DNA of 64,000 nucleotides from Escherichia coli (GTDB lineage Bacteria; Pseudomonadota; Gammaproteobacteria; Enterobacterales; Enterobacteriaceae): NCBI RefSeq assembly GCF_001677475.2, contig NZ_CP015229.1; one strand, 5' to 3'. Shown piece by piece: positions 32,980 to 41,783 of this stretch (position 1 is its first letter; each line of letters starts with the position of its first letter). The notes under the pieces were generated by a model. It saw only the letters and a program-made list of their open reading frames with translations, ran no database searches and was not told where the DNA came from. The position numbers and the translations under genes were made by a program.

Positions 32980-35900
32980 GTGGCGATGATAAATTTAAGT
33001 AAGGAAGCAACGGTGGGTAAAGCATTAACCCCTATTGCTATACTTATGATGTTGTCTTTTCCTGTAGCTTCTCAAGCGGCGGGATTAGTCATAAAAAATG
33101 GAACGGTATATAACGCCAATGGTGTGCCAGTCGTTGACATCAACAAACCTAACGGTAGCGGTTTATCTCATAATATCTGGGATAACCTAAACGTTGATAA
33201 AAATGGTGTCGTTTTCAATAACAGCGCTAATGAATCCAGTACTTCACTTGCCGGAAATATTCAGGGAAACAGTAATCTGACCTCCGGGTCGGCGAAGGTG
33301 ATCCTGAATGAGGTTACTTCCAAAAATCCTTCAACCATTAATGGGATGATGGAAGTTGCAGGGGATAAAGCGGATCTGATTATTGCCAACCCGAATGGTA
33401 TTACTGTAAACGGTGGTGGTTCAATCAATACAGGTAAACTGACCTTAACCACCGGGACGCCGGATATCCAGGATGACAAGCTGGCCGGTTATTCCGTGAA
33501 CGGCGGTACCATTACGCTCGGTAAACTGGATAACGCCAGCCCGACAGAAATTCTGTCCCGTAACGTGGTGGTTAACGGCAAAGTGTCTGCCGATGAGCTG
33601 AACGTTGTTGCTGGCAATAACTATGTTAACGCCGCAGGCCAGGTGACCGGTAGCGTATCCGCCACGGGTTCCCGTAACGGTTACAGCGTAGATGTTGCCA
33701 AACTGGGCGGAATGTATGCGAACAAAATCAGTCTGGTTAGCACCGAGAAAGGTGTAGGGGTTCGCAACCTCGGCGTTATTGCTGGGGGTGTTAATGGTGT
33801 CAGCATCGATTCCAAAGGTAACCTGTTAAATAGCAATGCCCAGATTCAGTCTGCAAGCACGATCAACCTGACGACAAATGGTACTCTGGATAACACCACC
33901 GGTACGGTGACATCTGTAGGCACTATCTCGCTCAATACCAACAAGAATACTATCGTGAATACTCGTGCGGGTAACATCTCTACGATGGGCGATATCTACG
34001 TTAACAGCGGTACGATTGACAATACCAACGGCAAGCTTGCGGCAGCAGGTATGCTGGCGGTCGATACCAATAACGCCACGCTGATTAACTCTGGTAAAGG
34101 GAGTTCTGTCGGGATTGAAGCGGGTATCGTGGCGCTGAAAACCGGGACGCTCAACAACAGCAATGGTCAGATTCGAGGCGGTTATGTGGGGCTTGAATCA
34201 GGCGCGTTGAATAACAACAACGGTGATATTCAGACCACTGGCGACATCGCCATTATCAGTAACGGTAATGTGGATAACAACAAAGGTCTGATCCGTTCGT
34301 CCACCGGGCATATCGTTATTGGTGCGGCAGGTAGCGTAAATAATGGTTCAACCAAAACCGCCGATACCGGCAGTTCTGACTCTCTGGGCATTATTGCAGA
34401 TACCGGCGTAGAAATTGGTGCGAACAACATCAATAACAACGGCGGACAGATTGCGTCTAATGGCAACGTCTCCCTGTCAAGTTACAGCACGGTCGACGAT
34501 TATGCGGGCAAAATTCTGTCCAACAGCAAAGTGATTATCAAGGGAAGCTCACTGCGTAACGATACCGGGGGGATCAGCGGTAAGCAGGGTATTGAAGTCG
34601 CCGTTGGCGGCAGCCTGACCAATAACATTGGCGTGATCAGCTCTGAAGAGGGTGATATCTCCCTGTTAGCCAACTCAGTGGACAACCACGGCGGCTTCAT
34701 GATGGGGCAGAACATCACGATGGAGTCGATGTCTGGCGTTAATAACAACACCGCGCTGATCGTGGCCAGCAAAAAACTGAAGATAAACGCGTTCGGTAAT
34801 ATTGAAAACCGCGATGGCAATAACTTCGGTAATGCTTATGGTCTGTACTTCGGCATGCCTCAGCAAACGGGTGGAATGGTCGGCAAGGAAGGCATCGAGC
34901 TTTCCGGGCAGAACATCTATAACAACAACAGTCGTTTCATCGCTGAGGATGGTCCTCTGACTCTGCAGGCGCAGAACACGTTCGACAACACGCGTGCTCT
35001 GGTCACCAGCGGGTCGGATGCCTCTATTCAGGTTGGCGGAACGTATTACAACAACTACGCTACCACCTGGAGTGCGGGCAACCTGGATATCGACGCGACC
35101 ACGCTGCAAAACAGCAGCAGCGGTACGATGATCGATAACAATGCGACCGGGTTCATAGCATCTGATAAAAATCTGTCACTGGAAGTGGTGAATAGCCTTA
35201 CCAACTACGGCTGGATCAGCGGTAAAGGCGATGTTGATGTCACGGTGAATAACGGCAACCTGTACAACCGCAATACTATTGCGGCTGAAAAGGGGCTGGA
35301 TATTGCCGCGTTGAACGGTATTGAAAACTGGAAGGATATTTCTGCTGGCGGCGACCTGACGATGAACACCAATCGCCATGTGACCAACAACTCCAACAGC
35401 AATATGGTGGGGCAGAATATCGTTATTAACGCGGTTAACGATATCAACAACCGTGGCAACATTGTCAGTGATTTTGACCTGAACGTGACAACCAAAGGCA
35501 ACCTGTATAACTATCTCTATATGGTGGGTTATGGGGATGTCGCATTAACGGCAAATAGCGTGGCGAACAATAACGCGACCATCGAAGCGACAGGCGATCT
35601 GATTATCGATTCGAAGGGCAACGTGGGCAATTACCACGGTAAGCTGCATGCGTTGAACGGCGTGTTGTCTGTAAAAGGCAGCAATCTGAACAACGACTAC
35701 GGTGAAATTCGTGGTTATGACGACGTCACGCTGGCACTGACGGGCAACTACGACAGCTTTAAGGGCTCGCTGACCTCTGAAACGGGCGACGTGACTTTGA
35801 CGGCGAACATCATAGACAACGCCTATGGTCTGATTGCCGGTGAGAATGTTTCTGTCGATGCTAGATCGACGATTTACAACAACACTGCGCTGATCGCGGC

Positions 35901-36792
35901 GAATAAAAAGCTGGTTATTAACGCTGGCGGCAACCTCGAAAACCGCGACGGGAATAACTTCCTGCGTAATAACGGCGCGCTATTTGGGATCACCGACAAC
36001 GTTGGCGGCATCGTAGGTAAAGAAGGTGTCACGCTTTCTGCTCAGAACGTCTACAACAATAACAGCAGCATCATCGCTGAAAATGGTCCGCTTAATCTGC
36101 TGTCCAGGGGAACGTTGGATAATACCCGCGCGCTCCTCAGCAGTGGGGCTGATGCCATCATCCGTGCGGCAGGGACGTTCTACAACAACTATGCCACCAC
36201 TTACAGCGCCGGTAATCTCGACGTTTATGCGGCGTCGTTGAGTAACGCCAGTGATGGTCGTCTGGAAGACAATACCTCCACGGGTGTGATTGCGTCTGAC
36301 AAAAACCTGGATCTGACCGTGGATAACAGCGTCACGAACTATGGTTGGATCAGCGGTAAAGGGGATGTGCATTTCAATGTTCTGAAAGGCACGCTGTATA
36401 ACCGTAATGCCATCGCAGCGGGCAACGCGCTGACCATTAATGCCCTGAACGGTGTTGAGAACTTTAAAGACATTGTGGCGGGAACTGCGCTGACTATTGA
36501 TACGCAGAAGTATGTTACCAACAACAGCAACAGTAATATGTTGGGGCAAACCATCGCGATCAATGCCGTGAATGACATTAATAACCGTGGAAATATTGTG
36601 GGTGATTATTCTCTGGGGGTTAAAACCACCGGTAATATTTATAACTACCTCAATATGCTGAGTTATGGTGTCGCTGGCGTATCGGCAAATAAGGTTACGA
36701 ATAGCGGTAAAAACGCTGTTCTCGGTGGCTTCTACGGTTTAGCGTTAGAAGCAAACGAAACTGATAACACCGGTACTATTGTCGGCATGTAA
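32980..36792 (+). CDS. Two-partner secretion exoprotein (TpsA; filamentous haemagglutinin/haemolysin-like) with TPS domain
   Basis: 1270-aa ORF; extended signal peptide, TPS-domain hallmark ANPNGITVNGG, Asn/Gly-rich beta-helix repeats, large internal tandem duplication. Confidence 0.85.
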   Translation: MAMINLSKEATVGKALTPIAILMMLSFPVASQAAGLVIKNGTVYNANGVPVVDINKPNGSGLSHNIWDNLNVDKNGVVFNNSANESSTSLAGNIQGNSNLTSGSAKVILNEVTSKNPSTINGMMEVAGDKADLIIANPNGITVNGGGSINTGKLTLTTGTPDIQDDKLAGYSVNGGTITLGKLDNASPTEILSRNVVVNGKVSADELNVVAGNNYVNAAGQVTGSVSATGSRNGYSVDVAKLGGMYANKISLVSTEKGVGVRNLGVIAGGVNGVSIDSKGNLLNSNAQIQSASTINLTTNGTLDNTTGTVTSVGTISLNTNKNTIVNTRAGNISTMGDIYVNSGTIDNTNGKLAAAGMLAVDTNNATLINSGKGSSVGIEAGIVALKTGTLNNSNGQIRGGYVGLESGALNNNNGDIQTTGDIAIISNGNVDNNKGLIRSSTGHIVIGAAGSVNNGSTKTADTGSSDSLGIIADTGVEIGANNINNNGGQIASNGNVSLSSYSTVDDYAGKILSNSKVIIKGSSLRNDTGGISGKQGIEVAVGGSLTNNIGVISSEEGDISLLANSVDNHGGFMMGQNITMESMSGVNNNTALIVASKKLKINAFGNIENRDGNNFGNAYGLYFGMPQQTGGMVGKEGIELSGQNIYNNNSRFIAEDGPLTLQAQNTFDNTRALVTSGSDASIQVGGTYYNNYATTWSAGNLDIDATTLQNSSSGTMIDNNATGFIASDKNLSLEVVNSLTNYGWISGKGDVDVTVNNGNLYNRNTIAAEKGLDIAALNGIENWKDISAGGDLTMNTNRHVTNNSNSNMVGQNIVINAVNDINNRGNIVSDFDLNVTTKGNLYNYLYMVGYGDVALTANSVANNNATIEATGDLIIDSKGNVGNYHGKLHALNGVLSVKGSNLNNDYGEIRGYDDVTLALTGNYDSFKGSLTSETGDVTLTANIIDNAYGLIAGENVSVDARSTIYNNTALIAANKKLVINAGGNLENRDGNNFLRNNGALFGITDNVGGIVGKEGVTLSAQNVYNNNSSIIAENGPLNLLSRGTLDNTRALLSSGADAIIRAAGTFYNNYATTYSAGNLDVYAASLSNASDGRLEDNTSTGVIASDKNLDLTVDNSVTNYGWISGKGDVHFNVLKGTLYNRNAIAAGNALTINALNGVENFKDIVAGTALTIDTQKYVTNNSNSNMLGQTIAINAVNDINNRGNIVGDYSLGVKTTGNIYNYLNMLSYGVAGVSANKVTNSGKNAVLGGFYGLALEANETDNTGTIVGM

Positions 36793-36880
36793 GATGTAAC
36801 CAAAGACAGCAGTGGCTTTTAATATTAATGCGTCATGTCACGCAGGGGTTGCTGCTGTCTTTATTTAGTTTGAGAAGATA

Positions 36881-38500
36881 ATGCAATTACGATTTAATTT
36901 TGGTTTGCTGCTCATTCTTTGTTGTTTTCAGATCGCAGCGAAAGACAGTCTTGATAATTTGATTAAGCAGCAAAAAAATGCAGATGAAAGCACGTTACGC
37001 GCGCATAAATTAGAAAAAAAAGATGTTTACTCAAATGCACAACGTAATGCGTTTACTCTGGGTGATCTGCCGCAGGAAAAAAATTGCTTTATCATTAATC
37101 GGGTTGAACTGGAAGATAACTTTCTGGGTGAACAGTTGATTTCTGAAGTGCAAAAAGCGATTGCCGGACGCTGTGTCGGTAGTGCTGGTGTGCAAAAAAT
37201 TGCTGCTGCCTTGCAGGATTATTATATTAATGCCGGATATATCACAACGCGAATTAGTATTCCTTCGCAGGATATTTCTAAAGGCAAACTACGTTTCCTG
37301 GTTAATGCCGGGAAGATAGAAAAAACGATTGTCGAAGGTAATGACATCAGTGAATGGATGTTACCTTTTCAGCGTAACGATATTCTCAATATTCGCGATA
37401 TTGAACAGGGGCTGGAAAATCTTCAGCGAGTACCTGATGTTGATGTGAAAATTAATATTGAACCAGGAATACGAGATGGTTACAGCAACGTTCATATTGA
37501 TACACACCGTGGGAAAAACTGGAGCGTTCGGGCAAGTTACAACAATTGGGGCGATAAAGAAACGGGCCGTTACCAGACAACCGCGGTGGGTTATCTGTTT
37601 AATCCAGCGAAAATGGGGGATCTGTTTTATCTCGCCGTTACGCGTAGTACTACCGGACAGTATGAAAACGTCAGTAGTTATTATTCCATTCCGGTGGGGT
37701 ACTGGGAGTACGGTTTTTTCTATAGCAAAAGTAAATCGCAGCAGGTGATTCCGCTTTCGTACATCTCGCTGGATTATGTTGGCACCAGCGAATACTTGAG
37801 CGCAAAGGCGACGCGTACCGTTTATCGCGATAAAACAAAAAAATTCGCCGGTAGTGCAGAACTCATTCGTCGAAAGTCGAATTACACGCTTAATGGTGAG
37901 GAGCTGACATTACAGGCGCGGGATATGGGAAATATCAAACTGGGGCTAAATTATAAGCAACAGTTACCCGGCGCGTTCTGGGATTCAACCCTCTCGTGGC
38001 AACGCTTTTTAACCTGGTTCGGTGGTGAAAAAACGCCAGATATGCAATATGGCGACGTTAGCCCGGTAAGCAATATCTTTAATTTTGAGGGTAACTATAC
38101 CCGACAAATAAAGAATGGATATTACAATACTGCTTTTTTTGCCCAGTACGCACCGCGTGAACTGACTTTGCAAGATCAAATTACAGTTGGCGATCGTTGG
38201 AGTATTCGCGGGTTTGAAAATAGCGTAGGTTTGTCAGGGAATGATGGTTTTTATATAAAAAATACGCTGGCATTTCCTTTGCCTGGAATGAAAGCTAACT
38301 ATTATGCCGGTCTTGATTTTGGGCAAGTGTATCAGGACGCTTCTTATGGCGATGAATCACTGATGGGCGCGGCAGTTGGTATTGATGGAAACATTAAAAG
38401 TCTTGAGTATAACTTTTCCGTTTCTACCCCATTAAAGTATCCGACGACATTAGATATTGATCGGGTGAATGTAAATTTCAATTTTTCGTACCAAATGTAA
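36881..38500 (+). CDS. Two-partner secretion outer-membrane transporter (TpsB; ShlB/FhaC family)
   Basis: 539-aa ORF with signal peptide and POTRA-like N-terminal region; C-terminus NFNFSYQM ends in an aromatic-rich beta-barrel-type strand. Confidence 0.85.
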   Translation: MQLRFNFGLLLILCCFQIAAKDSLDNLIKQQKNADESTLRAHKLEKKDVYSNAQRNAFTLGDLPQEKNCFIINRVELEDNFLGEQLISEVQKAIAGRCVGSAGVQKIAAALQDYYINAGYITTRISIPSQDISKGKLRFLVNAGKIEKTIVEGNDISEWMLPFQRNDILNIRDIEQGLENLQRVPDVDVKINIEPGIRDGYSNVHIDTHRGKNWSVRASYNNWGDKETGRYQTTAVGYLFNPAKMGDLFYLAVTRSTTGQYENVSSYYSIPVGYWEYGFFYSKSKSQQVIPLSYISLDYVGTSEYLSAKATRTVYRDKTKKFAGSAELIRRKSNYTLNGEELTLQARDMGNIKLGLNYKQQLPGAFWDSTLSWQRFLTWFGGEKTPDMQYGDVSPVSNIFNFEGNYTRQIKNGYYNTAFFAQYAPRELTLQDQITVGDRWSIRGFENSVGLSGNDGFYIKNTLAFPLPGMKANYYAGLDFGQVYQDASYGDESLMGAAVGIDGNIKSLEYNFSVSTPLKYPTTLDIDRVNVNFNFSYQM

Positions 38501-38515
38501 AGGATAACGAGACTA

Positions 38516-38884
38516 ATGAGAATAGGGACAGATATTGTTGAAATTGCCAGAATAACCAAAGCCATTATTAATGGAGAGATGGCTTTTTATGAGCGTGTTT
38601 ATACTGCTCATGAGCGCTTACTCATTAACCCTGCAGAACCTGATTATGAACGGGCCTCTGGATTCTGGGCGGCGAAAGAAGCGTTAGTTAAAGCGATTGG
38701 TTGTGGTTTTCGTGATGGCGTACGTTTCCAGGATATTGAAATAAAGCATGATGCGGCCAAAGCACCTTATTTCGTTATTTCCGGAAGACTACAAGAAATT
38801 TTTATCGGGCAGGGGTTGCAAAATAACTCCCTGAGTATTTCGCATTGCCGTACCCACGCCATTGCGACTGTCATCGTTTATTAA
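38516..38884 (+). CDS. Holo-ACP synthase (AcpS-family 4'-phosphopantetheinyl transferase)
   Basis: 122-aa ORF beginning [13 protein letters not shown] with the GxD and WAAKEA motifs of AcpS. Confidence 0.8.
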   Translation: MRIGTDIVEIARITKAIINGEMAFYERVYTAHERLLINPAEPDYERASGFWAAKEALVKAIGCGFRDGVRFQDIEIKHDAAKAPYFVISGRLQEIFIGQGLQNNSLSISHCRTHAIATVIVY

Positions 38885-38897
38885 CTCAACATATGTG

Positions 38898-39659
38898 ATG
38901 AATATGTACAAATATAATGATTTAAATGAAAAAACCGTACTGGTGACAGGAGCCAGTGGTGATATTGGACTGGGTATTTGCGAGAAATATCTGGAGCAGA
39001 ACTGCGATGTTTATGCGCTCTATAAATCCAACGACGTGCAATTAACGGCGCTGAAAGCAAGCCATCCTGCAGGCGATAAACTGCATATTGTCCAGTGCGA
39101 TCTCGCCTGCCCACAGAGCGTGAGCGCATTGTGCGAACAGATAGAGCGCGAAGCTGGCAAGATTGATGTGCTGGTGAATAACGCGGGCATCGTTAAAGAT
39201 AGCCTGTTTGCCTCGATGAGCTATGAGGATTTCACCCAGGTTATCGAAACCAACATGTTCAGCATTTTCCGTCTGACGAAAGACGCGCTGATGCTGCTTC
39301 GTGCGGCAGAAAATCCCGCCATTATTAACGTTGCCTCTATTGCAGCGCTTATCCCCAGCGTCGGTCAGGCGAATTACAGTGCGTCAAAAGGGGCGATCCT
39401 CGGCTTCACCCGCACGCTGGCAGCAGAAATGGCACCCTGGGGCGTGCGCGTCAACGCGGTCGCACCAGGAATGATTGAATCGAAAATGGTGAAAAAAGTA
39501 TCCCGCGCAGTGGTCCGTGCGGTAACCAGTACCATCCCGTTACGCCGTCTGGGTAAATGTGAAGAAGTGGCGAACACCATCGTCTTCTTAAGTTCCTCTG
39601 CCTCCAGCTACATTGTCGGCCAGACCATCGTTATCGATGGCGGCCTGGTCATGCGGTGA
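38898..39659 (+). CDS. 3-oxoacyl-ACP reductase (FabG-like SDR)
   Basis: Motifs VTGASGDIG, NNAG, and YSASK catalytic pattern; start at ATG 38898 chosen over overlapping ATG 38862. Confidence 0.85.
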   Translation: MNMYKYNDLNEKTVLVTGASGDIGLGICEKYLEQNCDVYALYKSNDVQLTALKASHPAGDKLHIVQCDLACPQSVSALCEQIEREAGKIDVLVNNAGIVKDSLFASMSYEDFTQVIETNMFSIFRLTKDALMLLRAAENPAIINVASIAALIPSVGQANYSASKGAILGFTRTLAAEMAPWGVRVNAVAPGMIESKMVKKVSRAVVRAVTSTIPLRRLGKCEEVANTIVFLSSSASSYIVGQTIVIDGGLVMR

Positions 39660-39662
39660 TTT

Positions 39663-40211
39663 ATGTCTAAATACACGATTCCTTCGAAAATCTTCCTCGA
39701 AATGGGCGGCTGGCGTCAGCCGCTGCTGATGGTCGATAAAATTGCAGATTATAAATACGGTGAAAATGGCTTTGTCAGTGTCGTGAAACACGTCACCTAT
39801 AACGAACCGTATCTACTGGGGCATTTCCCGGAAGATCCGATTATGCCCGGGGTGATTATTTCGGAAATCTTCGGCCAGGCCAGCGAGTATCTCTCTTTCC
39901 TGACCGACATTTGCGATATCTGGCGCGAACGTTTTGAGGAAGAGCTGAAGTCGTTACGTGATATTCACGCACGCATTCACCGCCCTGAAATGCTGGAGAT
40001 TATCCGTACCCGGCGCAGCCAGGTACGCGGCGTGCTGGCTGCTCAGAACCTGAAATTTAAAGATATCGCCTATCCGGGTGATTCTATTGATGTTGTCAGC
40101 AAATTGGCTTTTTCGGATGCCAGTGGCTTTAAACACTATTCCGTGACCGCGTACGTCGGTAAAAAGCTGATTAGTCAGGGCACTATTATCAATTTCCGTG
40201 AAACCAAGTAA
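39663..40211 (+). CDS. Hotdog-fold beta-hydroxyacyl-ACP dehydratase (FabZ/FabA-like)
   Basis: 182-aa ORF with LGHFPEDPIMPGV, matching the FabZ/FabA active-site region. Confidence 0.75.
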   Translation: MSKYTIPSKIFLEMGGWRQPLLMVDKIADYKYGENGFVSVVKHVTYNEPYLLGHFPEDPIMPGVIISEIFGQASEYLSFLTDICDIWRERFEEELKSLRDIHARIHRPEMLEIIRTRRSQVRGVLAAQNLKFKDIAYPGDSIDVVSKLAFSDASGFKHYSVTAYVGKKLISQGTIINFRETK

Positions 40212-40232
40212 TCCAATAAGAGAGTAAATATT

Positions 40233-40514
40233 ATGTCTACCATGAATGACGCTATTGAACAGCGTAAAGAAGTTCTGATGACCATTAAAACTGAGATCAT
40301 CCAGCGACTGAATATTCAACGCGATGAAGCGCAAATTGATGATGATACTGCGCTGTTTGGTAATGGTTTTAAACTGGACTCCGTCGATGCAACGGAAATT
40401 GTCGTTCTGCTGGATAAAGTATTTGATATCAAGATCAGCGAAAGTGACGACCCGTCCTATATGCGCAGTATCAATAGTCTGGCCACCTTCGTTATTCAAA
40501 AGAAAAACGATTAA
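40233..40514 (+). CDS. Acyl carrier protein
   Basis: 93-aa acidic protein with phosphopantetheine attachment motif (LDSVDATEIV). Confidence 0.8.
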   Translation: MSTMNDAIEQRKEVLMTIKTEIIQRLNIQRDEAQIDDDTALFGNGFKLDSVDATEIVVLLDKVFDIKISESDDPSYMRSINSLATFVIQKKND

Positions 40515-40549
40515 CTACTTATTAAAGAATTAATTATCAGGACATTTTT

Positions 40550-41710
40550 ATGAAATCTCTTGCTGAATTTCACTTGAAAAATAATGCGGTAATGGGGGTA
40601 TATCACAACCGTACCCTACCTTCTTCTTATCACGATGCTATGACCGAATATAAAGCCGTTCGTGAAAACGCACTGCTGGTGGACTATTCTCACCTCTCTA
40701 TTGTTAGCGTCATGGGCGATGATGCCTGGGCGCTGATCAACCAGCTGGTTTCCGCAGATGTCTCCATCATTCGTGATGAGCAGGCAATCTACTCACTGGT
40801 GTTGAATGAAGAGGGCACCATTCGCGGAGACGTCTATGTGCTGTGCAGCATCGACGGTTATTACCTGCTGTCTGAAGATATTTCGGCTACCGAACTGATC
40901 GCCAGCATGAATACCATTCTCGAAAAAGCGGAAGAACTGGATATTCAATCGCTGCCTGAAATTCAGGATATGCAGGAAAACAACTGGGGGGCAATCCTGC
41001 TCGAAGGCCCATACTCCTGGGAGATCATGTCTGAAATTCATGGCTTTGACGTGATTGGCCTGCCTTACTACGAATACATGAATACCGATGAGGATCTGCT
41101 GATCTTCCGCTGTGGTAAACATGGTGAGTATGCGTACATGACCATCGGTGAGCAGGCGAAACTGGCGGAGCAGTGGGAAAAACTGTTAACCGTCGGCGAG
41201 AAATACCTGATGCAGACCGGCGGCCTGGATTATCAAAAAATCGTACGCCTCGAAAATCCATGCTGGGATGCCAGCCTGTGGGAAGGTCAGGCGGTGAATC
41301 CGGTTCAGTTGCAGATGCAGTGGGCGGTGCAGTACGACAAAGATGATTTTATTGGCAAGGACGCGGTGACAGAGCTCTCCCAGGAGTATACCGGTAATAA
41401 ACTCATCGGCATGATCGCACAGGAAGAATGCGAAGGCATTGAGGCTGGCGATCGCGTGCTGGTGGAAGGTCAAGACGTGGGTTATGTCGTGAAAGCGGTA
41501 TTTTCCCCGGCATTGCAGCGTTTCATTGCCCTGACCCTGCTGGAAAAGGATTACGCCTGGTCTGATATCAGCGGCTACGAAATTCAAACTGCCCACGGAA
41601 TTATTCCAGCGCAATCAAAATGTATGCCGTTTATTTATAACCTGAGCATGTTGGTTAGCCCAACTGAGCACAGTTATATCGACGCGTCAAAAAATAAAAG
41701 CGCAGCGTAA
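40550..41710 (+). CDS. GcvT-like (aminomethyltransferase folate-binding family) protein
   Basis: 386-aa ORF; N-terminal region (ALLVDYSHLSIVSVMGDDAWALINQLVSADV) resembles the glycine-cleavage T-protein signature. Confidence 0.6.
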   Translation: MKSLAEFHLKNNAVMGVYHNRTLPSSYHDAMTEYKAVRENALLVDYSHLSIVSVMGDDAWALINQLVSADVSIIRDEQAIYSLVLNEEGTIRGDVYVLCSIDGYYLLSEDISATELIASMNTILEKAEELDIQSLPEIQDMQENNWGAILLEGPYSWEIMSEIHGFDVIGLPYYEYMNTDEDLLIFRCGKHGEYAYMTIGEQAKLAEQWEKLLTVGEKYLMQTGGLDYQKIVRLENPCWDASLWEGQAVNPVQLQMQWAVQYDKDDFIGKDAVTELSQEYTGNKLIGMIAQEECEGIEAGDRVLVEGQDVGYVVKAVFSPALQRFIALTLLEKDYAWSDISGYEIQTAHGIIPAQSKCMPFIYNLSMLVSPTEHSYIDASKNKSAA

Positions 41711-41783
41711 TGAATATCGCCGCGTGAATATAGCTTACGCGGCTTAAATTAACCCCAATTGGCGGGATTGCCAGGTATTATTC

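Noticed and set aside
33261-36578. Several minus-strand ORFs of 67-189 aa within tpsA
   Set aside because: Antisense to a gene with clear TPS-domain and repeat signatures; repetitive Asn/Gly-rich coding sequence commonly yields open antisense frames.
32980-38500. Contact-dependent growth inhibition (CdiB/CdiA/CdiI) locus
   Set aside because: Gene order is exoprotein first, the exoprotein is only 1270 aa, no VENN or pretoxin motif or C-terminal toxin/immunity pair was seen.
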